Origin: an uncultured Pseudomonadota bacterium
GTDB taxonomy: Bacteria; Myxococcota_A; Polyangia; Fen-1088
Reading direction: 5' to 3'
Assembly (NCBI GenBank): GCA_963778795.1
Contig: CAVZVU010000001.1
Location: 44,776-108,775 of the forward strand
Length of the DNA: 64,000 nt
Below, one piece after another: positions 43,499-54,794 of the stretch; the first letter of the stretch is position 1; each line of letters opens with the position of its first letter. The notes under the pieces are model-generated. The model did no database searches, was not told where the DNA came from, and saw only the letters and a program-made list of their open reading frames with translations. A program made the translations under genes and the position numbers.

Positions 43499-44317
43499 TC
43501 ATTTCGTCTTCTCGGGCTCTCGCCGTTTGCGCAGCAGGACCAGCGTCGCGCCGTCGCCGCCCTGCGCCGGTCCGGCGTGCGTGAACGCCAGGATCGCGCG
43601 CGCCACGCGCCCCGCCGTCAGCACGCGCTGCACCGCCTCGCCCAGCACCGGCCCCGCGTCGCCCGAGTTGAGGCCGCGACCATGGATGACCAGCACGCAG
43701 CGCCGGGCGAGCGGCGAGCGACTGCATCGACGAAGCGCTCGAGCGCGCCCACCGCCTCGTCGCGCGAGTGCCCGTGCAGGTCGAGGCGCGCCTCGATCGG
43801 GTAGTCGCCGTCGCGCAGGCGGCGCGCCAGCCGGCGATCGACCTCGGGCGCGCGCTCCGTCCCGCGCCCGCCGCCCGCGCCGCCGCGGTCGTTCCCGCTC
43901 ACCAGCTCGGCCAGCTCGGCGTCGGCGTCGGCGTCGTCGTTGCGCAGCGGCCGCGCGGCGGCGCGGCGGCGCGGCCGGCGGCGCCGCGCCCAGCGGTGAC
44001 GCGCGCCGTCCCCGCTCGGCTTCGGTCAGCGGTTTCACGCCGCGCATCGCCTGCTCGAAGAAGCGGTCGTCATCCGCCGAGCCCGGCGTTGTAGCGGGCG
44101 CCTGCGCCGCCGCTGATTTGGCGGCCGGGGCCGGCGCCTTGGGCGCCTTCGTCACCTTGGGATCGTCGAGCGTCTTCGCGGGTGTCTTCGCGGCGAGCGT
44201 CTTCGCGGGCGTCTTGCCGGCGGTCTTGCCGGCATTGGGCGCGACCGCCGGCTTCGGCGCGACCGGCTTCAGGCCACGGAACGGCGTGTTGAAGCCCGGC
44301 GATTCCTTCTTGCCCAT
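43499..44317 (-). pseudogene. Smr (small MutS-related) domain protein (at least 2 frame disruptions as sequenced)
   Basis: MGKKESPGFNTPFRGLKP... with a Lys/Ala/Pro-rich N-terminus. The Smr core LDLHGHSRDEAVGALERFV ... VLVIHGRGLNSG...VLGEAV is split between frames near 43990 and 43705. Confidence 0.7.
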
Positions 44318-44409
44318 GCGCGCCGACTGTACCGCGTCGCCGCGCGCGCCGGTGCAGGTGACCGCAGGCGCGCGCTGGCCCGGTCTGGGTGTCGTGTCGC
44401 CCCGATCGC

Positions 44410-45905
44410 TCAGCCGGCGAGCCGGGCTCCGGCGGGGCGGTTCGTGGCGCTGGCGGCGGCGATGATCGGCGCCGGGATCTCCCCCTCGAGCACGAAGCCG
44501 CGCGCGATCCGACGCATGACGGTGACGCTCACGGTCGGGCGCTGGGGCAGCTGATCGAAGACCAGCGTCAACGACTGGCCGACCTCGAACGCCTCGCTGC
44601 ATTCGATGGCGACGCTCGCGGCCGAGATGTCGAAGACGCGCACGGCGGCGACGACGCTGTCGTTGCGCAGCGTCGCCAGCCAGTCGACCGGGTAGCGCTG
44701 GTGCTTGCGGGCGTAGCGCTCGAGGTCGACGTTGAGATCGGCCGAGATCTCGTCGGCCGGCGGCGCCGCTGCGGCCGTGGCGTCCGCGGGGGTGGCCGCC
44801 AGGGGCTGCTCCGCCGACCGACGCCGGGACCGACGGGACCGGCGGGGCCGACGGCGCTGGCGGCGTCATGCTGGTGGCCGGGTGCCGGGGCGCGGGGGTC
44901 AGCTCCAGCGCCGCGCGCGTTGGTCGCCGGGCCGGCTTTTGCCTTGTCATCGTTTTCGCCCTCGTCCTCCTCGATGAGCAGCTCGTCGAACGGCACGTCC
45001 TCGAGCAGCAGCATCTCGGCCATCTGGCGAAACACCTTGGTGTTCTCGTCGATCTGATTGCCGAGCAGCATCGGGCGCCGCTGGTTGATCGACTCACGGA
45101 TGCGCCGGCTGATGCCGACGTAGCCGAGGATCGGCACGCTGATGCCGAGGAAGTCGTGGATCATGCGCGACACCGCGTGGAAGATGCCCGCCTGGTTGGG
45201 TTCGGTGACCTGGTTGCCGACGATCTGCGCGCCGAATCGCGCGAGGATCCGGAACACCGACTCGCCGAACTCCGGGTTCTCCTCGCGCAGCCGCGCCAGC
45301 AGGCGGCTGACCTTCTCGTTCTCCTTGCTGGCGATCGCCGGCTCCAGCAGCTCGAGCTCGGAGGTCTTCTCGGCGGCGTGGCGCAGCGTGCGCAGCACGG
45401 CGCCCTTGAGGAACGAATAGGCGGTCTGGATCGACGTCACCTGCGGCGTCACCACCAGCAGGCGCTGCGATCCGAGCTCGAAGAAATCGAGCACGTTGAA
45501 GCTGACACCGGCGCCGACATCGACGATCACCACGTCGGCGTCGAGCGAACGGATGCGCTTCATGATCCGCTGCTTCTCGCCGTGGGTGATGTTGGCGGCG
45601 CCGACCGCCGCGCCGGTGCCGGCGACCAGGTGTAGGTTCGGCAGCGCCGTCGGTGTCAGCGCCTCTTCCAGGGTTTCGATCTTGCGATCGATCAGCGCCT
45701 GCAGCCCGGCGACCGGCCGGTCGATGCCGAACAGCACGTGCTGGTTGGCGGCGCCGAGGTCGCAGTCGACCAGAACGACGCGTGAGCCGTTCTGGGCCAT
45801 GGCAGCAGCGAGGTTCGAAGAGACGATGCTCTTGCCGACACCCCCCTTACCACCCCCGACCGTGATGATCCGTTTCGTCGTGTTCGAAGGCGTAGGAGAT
45901 TTCAA
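44410..45905 (-). pseudogene. MinD/ParA-family ATPase fused to a C-terminal PilZ-like domain (at least 1 frame disruption as sequenced)
   Basis: TTG start behind GGAGGGG. The deviant Walker A GGGKGGVGKS is present, with VLVDCDLGAANQ. After an acidic/low-complexity linker, the frame changes near 44800. The tail then reads ...ARKHQRYPVDW...VRVFDISAASVAIECSEAFEVGQ (RxxxR ... DxSxx[G/S]). Confidence 0.65.
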
Positions 45906-45980
45906 TAGCCCCTCCGCCGGTCTGTCGTCAGAAACCTGACGAAGCTTTAACGCCGCGCGCGCTCTACCACAGCGAGTTTT

Positions 45981-46457
45981 TTAGATTTTTTTGAAGGCGG
46001 TCAGGATGCGGCTGATGGTCTTGCCGTTCGGGTCGTGGTGCCCGCGATCGGCGACGCCCAGCAGCGTGCGCTTGCTCGCGGTGGTGACCCCGGTCTGCAC
46101 GCCTTCGCGCTCCCACTGGTCCTGCATCAGCCGCTTGCCCTGGTCCAGCGCGCCGTCGTCGGCGAACTCGCACACCAGCGTGTCGATTCCCTCGATGCGC
46201 CCCTGCTCGCAGTAGCCGGCACCGAACGGCACCGGTTGCAGCGGCGCGAAGCCGTCGGCGTGCAGACCACTGTCGGTCAGGGTCTCGATCACCTTGTCGG
46301 AGTGCGGCGTGCCCGAGACGTGCGCCGGTGGCTCGGCCGTGGCGCCGGGCGCGCCCCCTTTCGGTTTGGAACAGGAGGCGAAGACCGCCAGAGCCATGAC
46401 GGCGACCGCCAGCGCCGGCAGCAAGGTCGAACGTCGCGGGAGGGTTTGCAGGGGCAC
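45981..46457 (-). CDS. lipoprotein, hypothetical
   Basis: GTG 46457 follows AAGGA. Lipobox is LAVAVMALAVFASCSK. 158 aa. The upstream part of ORF 45981..46754 belongs to the neighbouring His-rich gene. Confidence 0.5.
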   Translation of the reverse strand: MPLQTLPRRSTLLPALAVAVMALAVFASCSKPKGGAPGATAEPPAHVSGTPHSDKVIETLTDSGLHADGFAPLQPVPFGAGYCEQGRIEGIDTLVCEFADDGALDQGKRLMQDQWEREGVQTGVTTASKRTLLGVADRGHHDPNGKTISRILTAFKKI

Positions 46458-46473
46458 GCGTGCGTCCTTTCGA

Positions 46474-47459
46474 CTACCGGTGAAACCCGTTGTCGTGGTG
46501 CTCGTGCTTGTCGTGGTGCGGCGGCGGCGCCGCGCGCGGAGGTTGTGCCGGTGCCGGTGCGGGGCGCCAGCCGCCGCCCTGGGGTGCGGCGGCGCCGGTG
46601 CCGGGCGCCAGCCGCCACCACGCGGCGGCTCCTGCGCGGGCGGCCCGCCCCGCCAGCCGCGATCTTCGTGCTCGTGCTTGTACCACCCGTTGTGGCGACC
46701 GTTGTCGTGGTGCTCGTGCTCGTAGCGCTCGTGCTCGTAGCGGCGGTCCTCCACGATGACCGGCGGCGGCCCACCGACGACGACCGGCGGCCCGCCGACC
46801 GAACCCGACGCCGATGCCGACCTGGACCTGCGGCGGCGGCGGCACCCCGATGGTCACGCCGGCCGACACCACCGGCGGCCCCCGACCGACCGCCTGCCCG
46901 CGCGGGTACCCGGGCCCGACGACGATCTCGCCGTGAAAGCTCGGCGGCGCGACGGTGACGTCGACGATCGGACGGGTGTAGACGATCGGCTGGTAGGCCT
47001 CGTTGACCGTCACGTAGCGCGGCCGCTCCTGGTAGTAGACCGGCTCGTAGTTGCCGACGTACCAGTAGGCGCCGCCGCGAAACTCGAACTGCGCCTGGCC
47101 GCGGCGCCGGCTGATACCAGTGGTAGTGCGGCCCGTTCAGGTAGCAGTAGATCGGCTGGCCGAGCTGAACGTCGGCCTCGACGACCGGGTGCGGGCCATA
47201 GAACGAGTAGCGCGGCCCTTCATAGTCGAAGGGCGCCGGGTCGCCGACGAAGTAGTACTCACCGCCGACCTCGCGGTAGAGGCGCGGATCGGACGGACCG
47301 AAGTCGTGCACGTGGGGGACATTGATGTAGCAGAAGCCGTGGCCGATCTTGCGCGGCAGCGGGTGCTGGGAACGGTAGCGCACGGCGTGGGCCTCGCGCG
47401 GTGGCCGCGATGCCGACCAGGGCGACGACGCCCACCAGAGCAGCGACGAAACTTCGCAT
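46474..47459 (-). pseudogene. secreted His/Pro/Gly-rich repeat protein (about 4 frame disruptions as sequenced)
   Basis: ATG 47459 follows AAGGAGAA. Signal peptide is MRSFVAALVGVVALVGIAATA. The middle reads GFCYINVPHVHDFGP...YCYLNGPHYHWYQP. The tail carries repeats YEHERYEHEHHDNGRHNGWYKHEHEDRGW, P[RQ]GGGWRPAPAP x2 and HHDKHEHHDNGFHR. Shifts fall near 47395, 47115, 46800 and 46600. Confidence 0.5.
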
Positions 47460-47540
47460 ACGACTTCTCCTTGGCAGGCTGATCACGATACGCTGCCGGT
47501 GGCACGAGGACCAGGGGGCAGGTATCCCACACCCGACGGT

Positions 47541-47595
47541 GCGCCGTCGTTCAGCGCCGCCGTTCAGCTTCGCCGTTCAGCTTCGCCGTTCAGCT
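47541..47595. repeat. 13-bp tandem repeat CGCCGTTCAGCTT (2 perfect + 2 degenerate units), intergenic
   Basis: Read directly. It lies between the GH6 stop (47619) and the His-rich gene start (47459), 80-135 bp upstream of the latter. Confidence 0.85.
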
Positions 47596-47618
47596 TCGTG
47601 GGAGAGAGTGTGTGCGGA

Positions 47619-48700
47619 TCACCACTTGGCGTTGCGCGCCATCTCCAGCGCCTTCTCCGGCCACCAGGCGCCTGCCGTCGGTCCCTTGTTGCAGGTCCCG
47701 TCGGATTCGCCGGGCGGCTTGATCCAGTAGAAGGCGTCGACCAGCGGATCGCCGGTCTCGGTCGTCGGCGGGTGGCCGAGCGCGCGCCCGTCGGGGTTGC
47801 ACCAGGCGCGCTCGTCGTCGCCCTTGAACGGCGGCGGACCGTTGCCGTTGCGGCTGGTGTCGATGATGAAGTGCTTGCCGCCCAGCAGCGCCGACAGCTC
47901 GTGGCCGTACTTGATGAGATCGGGCGTCGACTGGTAGTTCGAGACGTTCAGCGCGAACCCGTCGGCCTTGTCGATCCCGGCCGCCTTCAGGCGCTCCGCC
48001 ATCTCGGGCGCTTCGATCCAGGCCGAGTGTCCCGCGTCGACGTAGACCGCGGCGCCCGGCAGCGCGGCCAGCTTTTCGATCGCGTACTTCACCAGATCGA
48101 TCCGCTGCTGCTGCTGCTCCGCCGTCAGGCACTTCTTCAGCAGCGGCAGGCCGTCGGGCTCGAGCACGACCACCGCGCGGCGCGATCCGATCCCGGCGGC
48201 CAGCCCGTCGATCCAGACGCGGTAGCGCTCGGGCGTGCGCGACCCACCCGCCGAGTAGCTGCCGCAGTCGCGGAAGGGGAGGTTGTACGCCACCATGACC
48301 GGCAGCCCGCCCGCGCGCGTCTTGCTCCAGACGTACTTCTTGGTGTCGGACTCGATCTGCGGATTCCAGTTCCCGAGCCAGGCCGCCGACGGCTGCCCGG
48401 CGATCTTGTCCATCGCCGCCGCGTCCGCCGGCCGCGAGCTGCGCCACGCGTCGGCGGTGAGCCGCGCCTTCGATTCTTCGTCGATCGACCCAGTAGGCGT
48501 CACGAAATGGATTCTCGCCGGGCTGCGCGATCCGACGTCATCGACGCTCGGTGCTGCCCCGCGACCCCCGAGCCGGGGATCGAGCGCGGCGCCGGTGGGA
48601 TCACACATCCGGCGAGGAGGGTGAGGGGAAGAAAGGATCCAAAAGAGCCCACGATCAAGCCAGTTGAGCGACAACGATTCACCTCGGCGAAGTTATTCAC
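47619..48700 (-). pseudogene. glycoside hydrolase family 6 (cellulase) lipoprotein (2 frame disruptions near 48520 and 48492 as sequenced)
   Basis: GH6 motifs present: YNLPFRDCGSYSAGG, VVLEPDGL, YVDAGHSAW, NVSNYQ, WIKPPGESDG. The N-terminal lipobox LPLTLLAGC and ENPFRDAYW are in other frames. The start (GTG 48700 or 48682) is uncertain. Confidence 0.8.
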
Positions 48701-48747
48701 GGCGGTAGCGATCCCCGCCCCCCGTTTGGCCCAACCTTTCTTGCCTG

Positions 48748-48826
48748 AAAAACGCCATGACGCCAGAGACGCCAGAGTCCGGATTTTCATGTGTCCGGAC
48801 CGTGGCGTCCTGGCGTCTTGGCGTTT
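48748..48826. terminator. palindromic element built from 8-bp TGGCGTCN repeats; probable intrinsic terminator after GH6 copy 2
   Basis: The left arm is aaaaacgccatgacgccagagacgccagag and the right arm is cgtggcgtcctggcgtcttggcgttt. They are near-complementary, with a ~23-nt loop (tccggattttcatgtgtccggac). On the minus-strand RNA the stem is followed by UUUUU. A second copy lies at 52785-52855. Confidence 0.55.
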
Positions 48827-48844
48827 AACCGAACGGCATTCGGT

Positions 48845-49978
48845 CTAGAAGCTCGAATTCCGTGCGAGCTCGAGCGCCTTCTCCTGCCACCACATACCGG
48901 CTTTGGGGCCGCCGTTGCACTGGCCGTCGGATTCGCCGGGCTTCTTCAGCCAGAGGTAGGCGTCGACAGCCGGATCTTTGGTGCTGGTGGTCGGGGGCGA
49001 GCCCAGGCCGCGGCCCGACGGGTTGCACCAGGCGGCTTCGACGTCGCCTTTGACTTCGGGCGGGCCCTTGCCGTTGCGGCTGGTGTCGATCACGAAGTGC
49101 TTGCCGCCGAGCCGCTTCGAGATCTCCTTGCCGTACTTGATCGTCGCTTCGGTGGTCTTGTAGTTCGACACGTTGAGCGCGAAGCCGTCGGCGTCGTCGA
49201 CGCCGGCCGCCTTCAGGCGCGCCGCCATCTCGGGCGCGTCGATCCATCCGGCGTTCCCCGCGTCGATGTACACCGCGGTGTTCATCTGCGTCTCGAAGGC
49301 GTGCACCGCGAAGCGCAGCAGCTCCAGCCGTTCCTTCTGATCGGCTTCGGACAGGCACTTCTTCAGCAAGCCGAGCGCGTCGGGCTCCAGCACGACGGCG
49401 GCGCGCTGCGGGCCGATGGCGCGCGCGAAGGCCGAGATCCAGGTCTTGTACGCGTCACCCTGCGCGGCGCCGCCGGCCGAGTACTGACCGCAGTCCCGCT
49501 TGGGGATGTTGTAGGCGATGAACAGCGGGAAGGCGTTGTTCTTGTTGATCAGCTTCACCCGCTTGTGGACCCAGTTTTCGACGTTGGGGGTCCAGTCGCC
49601 GATCCAGTCGGCGCCGCCGTTGTCGGCGATCTTGGCGATCAGCGACGACTCCTCGACGCTGTTGGTCGCCTTGAGCCGCTTCACCGCCAGCGTGGCGTTG
49701 GCGTAGGGATCGATCCACCACTTCACGCCGACGAAGATGTTCTCGCCCTTCTTGCGCGGCACCACCGGTGCCTCGGGCTCGTCCTTCTTCTCGTCCTTCT
49801 TGGGCGCGGGGGCGGGCGCCGCCATCGTCTCTTCGGCCGCGGCGGCCGGTTGCCCCATGTTGCTGGTGGCGGGCGCGGTGGCCGGTTTCACGCAACCCGA
49901 GACCAACAGCGAAAGCGACACCACCTGCATGGATGTCCGGACGGACCGATACGCACGAACCTGAGCCATTTGATGCAT
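48845..49978 (-). CDS. glycoside hydrolase family 6 (cellulase) lipoprotein, intact paralog
   Basis: Motifs YNIPKRDCGQYSAGG, VVLEPDAL, YIDAGNAGW, NVSNYK and WLKPGESDG. Lipobox SLSLLVSGC, followed by a Lys/Glu/Pro linker. Start taken at ATG 49978 (ORF track 50038). Confidence 0.85.
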   Translation of the reverse strand: MHQMAQVRAYRSVRTSMQVVSLSLLVSGCVKPATAPATSNMGQPAAAAEETMAAPAPAPKKDEKKDEPEAPVVPRKKGENIFVGVKWWIDPYANATLAVKRLKATNSVEESSLIAKIADNGGADWIGDWTPNVENWVHKRVKLINKNNAFPLFIAYNIPKRDCGQYSAGGAAQGDAYKTWISAFARAIGPQRAAVVLEPDALGLLKKCLSEADQKERLELLRFAVHAFETQMNTAVYIDAGNAGWIDAPEMAARLKAAGVDDADGFALNVSNYKTTEATIKYGKEISKRLGGKHFVIDTSRNGKGPPEVKGDVEAAWCNPSGRGLGSPPTTSTKDPAVDAYLWLKKPGESDGQCNGGPKAGMWWQEKALELARNSSF

Positions 49979-50136
49979 AAGGAGACCTCTCGAAATGAAA
50001 GTCAGGCGCCGCAAGCGCGGCGCCGAAAACACTAACACGAGCCGCCCCCGTCAACACGGGGCAGCCCGCGGCCCAGCCGACGGCGATGGCGACGCGCGCC
50101 AAGAGCACCTCACGTGCACCTGCGTCGAGAATCCCC

Positions 50137-50156
50137 CTGTCACATGAATGTTACAG
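50137..50156. promoter_or_regulatory. imperfect palindrome / Pho-box-like site upstream of the response regulator
   Basis: CTGTCACATGAATGTTACAG has 16 of 20 symmetric positions. The first half, CTGTCAC-ATGA-ATGTTAC, resembles the enterobacterial Pho box (CTGTCAT-N4-CTGTCAC). It lies 46 bp upstream of ATG 50202. Confidence 0.3.
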
Positions 50157-50201
50157 CCGACGTCAGCGCGTTTTGGTCCGAAAAGTGCTAAAAATTCGGC
50201 C

Positions 50202-50910
50202 ATGACGCGCGTCTTGGTCGTCGAGGACGAGCGCGATCTCCAGGAGGTTGTCGGTTACAATCTCCGCGAGCTCGGCTACGACGTTGTTGTGTCCGATCGC
50301 GGCGCCCCGGTGGCCGCGATCGCGGCCGAACAACGCCCCGACCTGGTGATCCTCGATCTGATGCTGCCCGACATCTCGGGGCTCGAGGTGTGCCGCATCC
50401 TGAAGAGCAACCCCGCGACGCGCGCGATTCCCGTGGTGATGGTCACGGCCAAGGGGGCCGAGGTCGATCGCGTCGTCGGCTTCGAGCTCGGCGCCGACGA
50501 CTACGTCGTCAAGCCTTTCAGCGTGCGCGAGCTGCTGCTGCGCATCCAGGCCGTGCTGCGCCGTTCGCAGACCGGCCCCAACGTGGTGGCGCCGACGCCC
50601 ACCATCAGCTTCGGCCGCCTGCACATCGATCGCGAGGCGCCCGAACGTGCTGGTCGACGACCGCGAGGTGGCCCTCACGGCGCTGGAGCTGCGCCTGCTG
50701 TGCACGCTGTACGAGCGGCGAAATCGGGTGCAGTCGCGCGCGGTGCTGCTGGACGACGTCTGGTCGGTCAGCGGCGAGAACGCCACTCGCACCGTCGACA
50801 CCCACGTCAAGCGACTGCGCGAGAAGCTGGGGCCGGCCGGCGCGTACATCGAGACGATCCGCGGGATCGGCTATCGCTTCGTCGGCGCCCCACCGAAGCA
50901 GACGCCGTGA
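50202..50910 (+). pseudogene. OmpR/PhoB-family response regulator (one frame disruption near 50640 as sequenced)
   Basis: Receiver domain: RVLVVEDERDL...DLVILDLMLPDISG...VVMVTAKG. The winged helix LTALELRLLCTLYE...TVDTHVKRLREKL...IETIRGIGYRF lies in the +1 frame. Confidence 0.85.
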
Positions 50911-52754
50911 AGTTCGGGGTGCGCGCGAAGATCTTCGCCGTATCGCTGAGCCTGATCGTCCTGTCGGTGTTGACGGGCGAGATTTATTTGCGCCACCGGG
51001 TCGAGGCGAACCTCGTCGAGCGGATCCGCCAGGACCTGACCGAGCGTCTCGAGCTGGTGCGCGATGCCAGCGACCAGACGCTGCGCGGGGCCTCGCTCGG
51101 CGGTACGGCGGAGCAGGACGCCGCCGCGAAGGATCAGTGGAACGACCTGGCGCATCGCCTGGCCCGCTCGGGCCGGCAGCGCCTCACCTTCATCCGCCCC
51201 GACGGCGTCGTGCTCGGCGATTCCAGACGTCGACCGCGCCGGCGCTCGAGCACATGGAGAACCACGGCGACCGACCCGAGGTGCGCAGCGTGCTCGACGG
51301 CGGCGAGTCCGGCGCCAGCATGCGCTGGAGCGCGACGCTGGGCCGGCGCTTGATGTACGTCGCCGATGCCGATCGACGCGGGACGGGCGGACGGTCGCTG
51401 ATCGCGCGGCTCGCGGTGCCGCTGACCGAGGTCGACGACGCCGTCGAGGGGCTGCGGCAGATCTTCGGCTTCGGCGGGCTGGTCGCGCTGGGCGTCGCGC
51501 TGTTGCTGTCGTTCGGCGCGGCGCACATCATGTCGCGCTCGCTGCGCGAGCTGACGATGGCGGCGCAGCGCATGTCGTCGGGTGACCTCGACGTGCGCAC
51601 CCACCTGCGCGGTCGCGACGAGGTGGCCGACCTCGGCAAGGCGCTCGACGCGCTGGCGGAGAGCCTGTCGGCCAACCTCAGCACGATGCGCGCCGAGCGC
51701 GATCTCCTGGGCCGCATCCTCGAGTCGATGCAGGAGGGGGTGCTGGTGATGGACGCGGAGCGCCGGATCCTGCTGGTCAACCCGTCGCTGCGCGAGATGC
51801 TGGCGCTGTCGAGCGAGACGGTCGGGCGGATCGCCATCGAGGTCATCCGCAACGCGGAGCTGCAGCGGCTGCTCGAGACGGCGCTGTCGTCCGAAGGCTC
51901 GCACTCGGGCGAGATCGAGATCGTCGGCCTCAAGCCGCGCCGCGCGCTGGTGCACGCCAAGGCGATGTCGGGGCAGCCGGGCCTGCTGGCGGTCTTCGTC
52001 GACGTCACCGACGTGCGCCGGCTGGAGTCGTTGCGCCGCGACTTCGTCGCCAACGTCTCGCACGAGCTGCGCACGCCGATCGCCGCCGTGGCGTCGGCGG
52101 CCGAGACGCTGCGCCGGTCGGCGCTGAAAGATCCCGAGGCATCGGTGCGCTTCGTCGAGATGATCGAGCGCAACGCGCGCCGCCTGCACGAGCTGGTCGA
52201 GGACGTGCTCGATCTGTCGCGCATCGAATCGAAGGAGTTCAAGCCGCGCGCCGACGCGGTCGACGTCGGCCCGATCGCGCACCAGGTGATCGGGAACTTC
52301 CGCGAGCGCATCGAGCAGAAGCGCCTGTCGGTGACCGCGGCGGTCGCGCCGGGGACGGCGTCGGCGATCGCCGATCACCGCGCGGTCGAGCAGGTGCTGA
52401 CCAACCTGGTCGAGAACGCCGTGAAGTACTGCCCCGAGGGGGCGTCGATCGTCGTGCGCGTCTCGGACGAGGGCAGCCAAGGTCCGCATCGCCGTCGAGG
52501 ACTCGGGCCCGGGCATCGAGGCGAAGCACCTGCCGCGCCTGTTCGAGCGCTTCTACCGCGTCGACGCCGGTCGCACGCGCGACATGGGCGGCACCGGCCT
52601 CGGCCTGTCGATCGTCAAGCACCTGGTCGAGGCGATGGGCGGGATGATCGGCGTGCAGAGCGTGATCGGTCGCGGGTCGACCTTCTGGTTCACGCTGCCG
52701 CGCGACGCGCGCGTCACCGCCGCCGCGCCGCCGTCGCAGCCCCACGTCAACTGA
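50907..52754 (+). pseudogene. PhoR-like sensor histidine kinase (TM-HAMP-PAS-HisKA-HATPase; 2 frame disruptions near 51225 and 52480 as sequenced)
   Basis: GTGA overlap with the regulator stop. Motifs seen: HAMP (SRSLRELTMAAQRMSSGDLD), H-box FVANVSHELRTPI, N-box [11 protein letters not shown], and [28 protein letters not shown] in the last frame. Confidence 0.85.
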
Positions 52755-52784
52755 CGCCGGCCGTTCGGTGCAACGCTGGTCGGT

Positions 52785-52855
52785 CGCCAGACGCCAGGCG
52801 CCAGGTTCTGAAATTTTGAAATCCCGCCGTTGGCGTCTCTGGCGTCGTGGCGTTT
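52785..52855. terminator. second copy of the TGGCGTCN-repeat palindromic element, between convergent gene ends
   Basis: The left arm is cgccagacgccaggcgccagg, the loop is ttctgaaattttgaaatcccgccgt, and the right arm is tggcgtctctggcgtcgtggcgttt. On the plus-strand RNA it is followed by UUUCGUCU. Confidence 0.5.
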
Positions 52856-52878
52856 CGTCTATCCGACCAGCATCGCGC

Positions 52879-54585
<1,707 letters not shown>

Positions 54586-54622
54586 GCCGCCAACTTACGC
54601 GAAGGCTCGTTTCCACGACGCA

Positions 54623-54646
54623 AATTCGCGGTCGAGATCGCGAATT
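54623..54646. promoter_or_regulatory. perfect inverted repeat AATTCGCG-N8-CGCGAATT (candidate activator UAS / autoregulatory site)
   Basis: Read directly. It lies about 150 bp upstream of the -24 element and about 40 bp upstream of the activator gene's own start. Confidence 0.4.
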
Positions 54647-54794
54647 CTCGTGGCGCCCGCCGGGTCGGCAACCGCGGCTTGGTCGCCGGCGATATCTGTT
54701 CGAAACCGGGCGCGCGGGCGTCTCGAAACGTGTCAGTTTTCAATCCGCGGTTTCATCGGTCGATCTCGGCCGGGCGCGCGTCCCGGCGTGCCGT

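Noticed and set aside
48788-48790. ATG 48790 as the start of GH6 copy 1 (ORF 48500..48790).
   Set aside because: This ATG sits in the loop of the palindromic terminator-like element. It would add a 36-residue non-signal extension before the lipoprotein signal peptide, so a downstream GTG is more plausible.
50005-50025. Possible sigma54 site (minus strand CGGCGC-N5-TTGC) and an 8-bp hairpin GGCGCCGC-aagc-GCGGCGCC upstream of GH6 copy 2.
   Set aside because: It has two mismatches in the -24 half, and a GC-only context makes chance matches likely. No nearby activator supports it.
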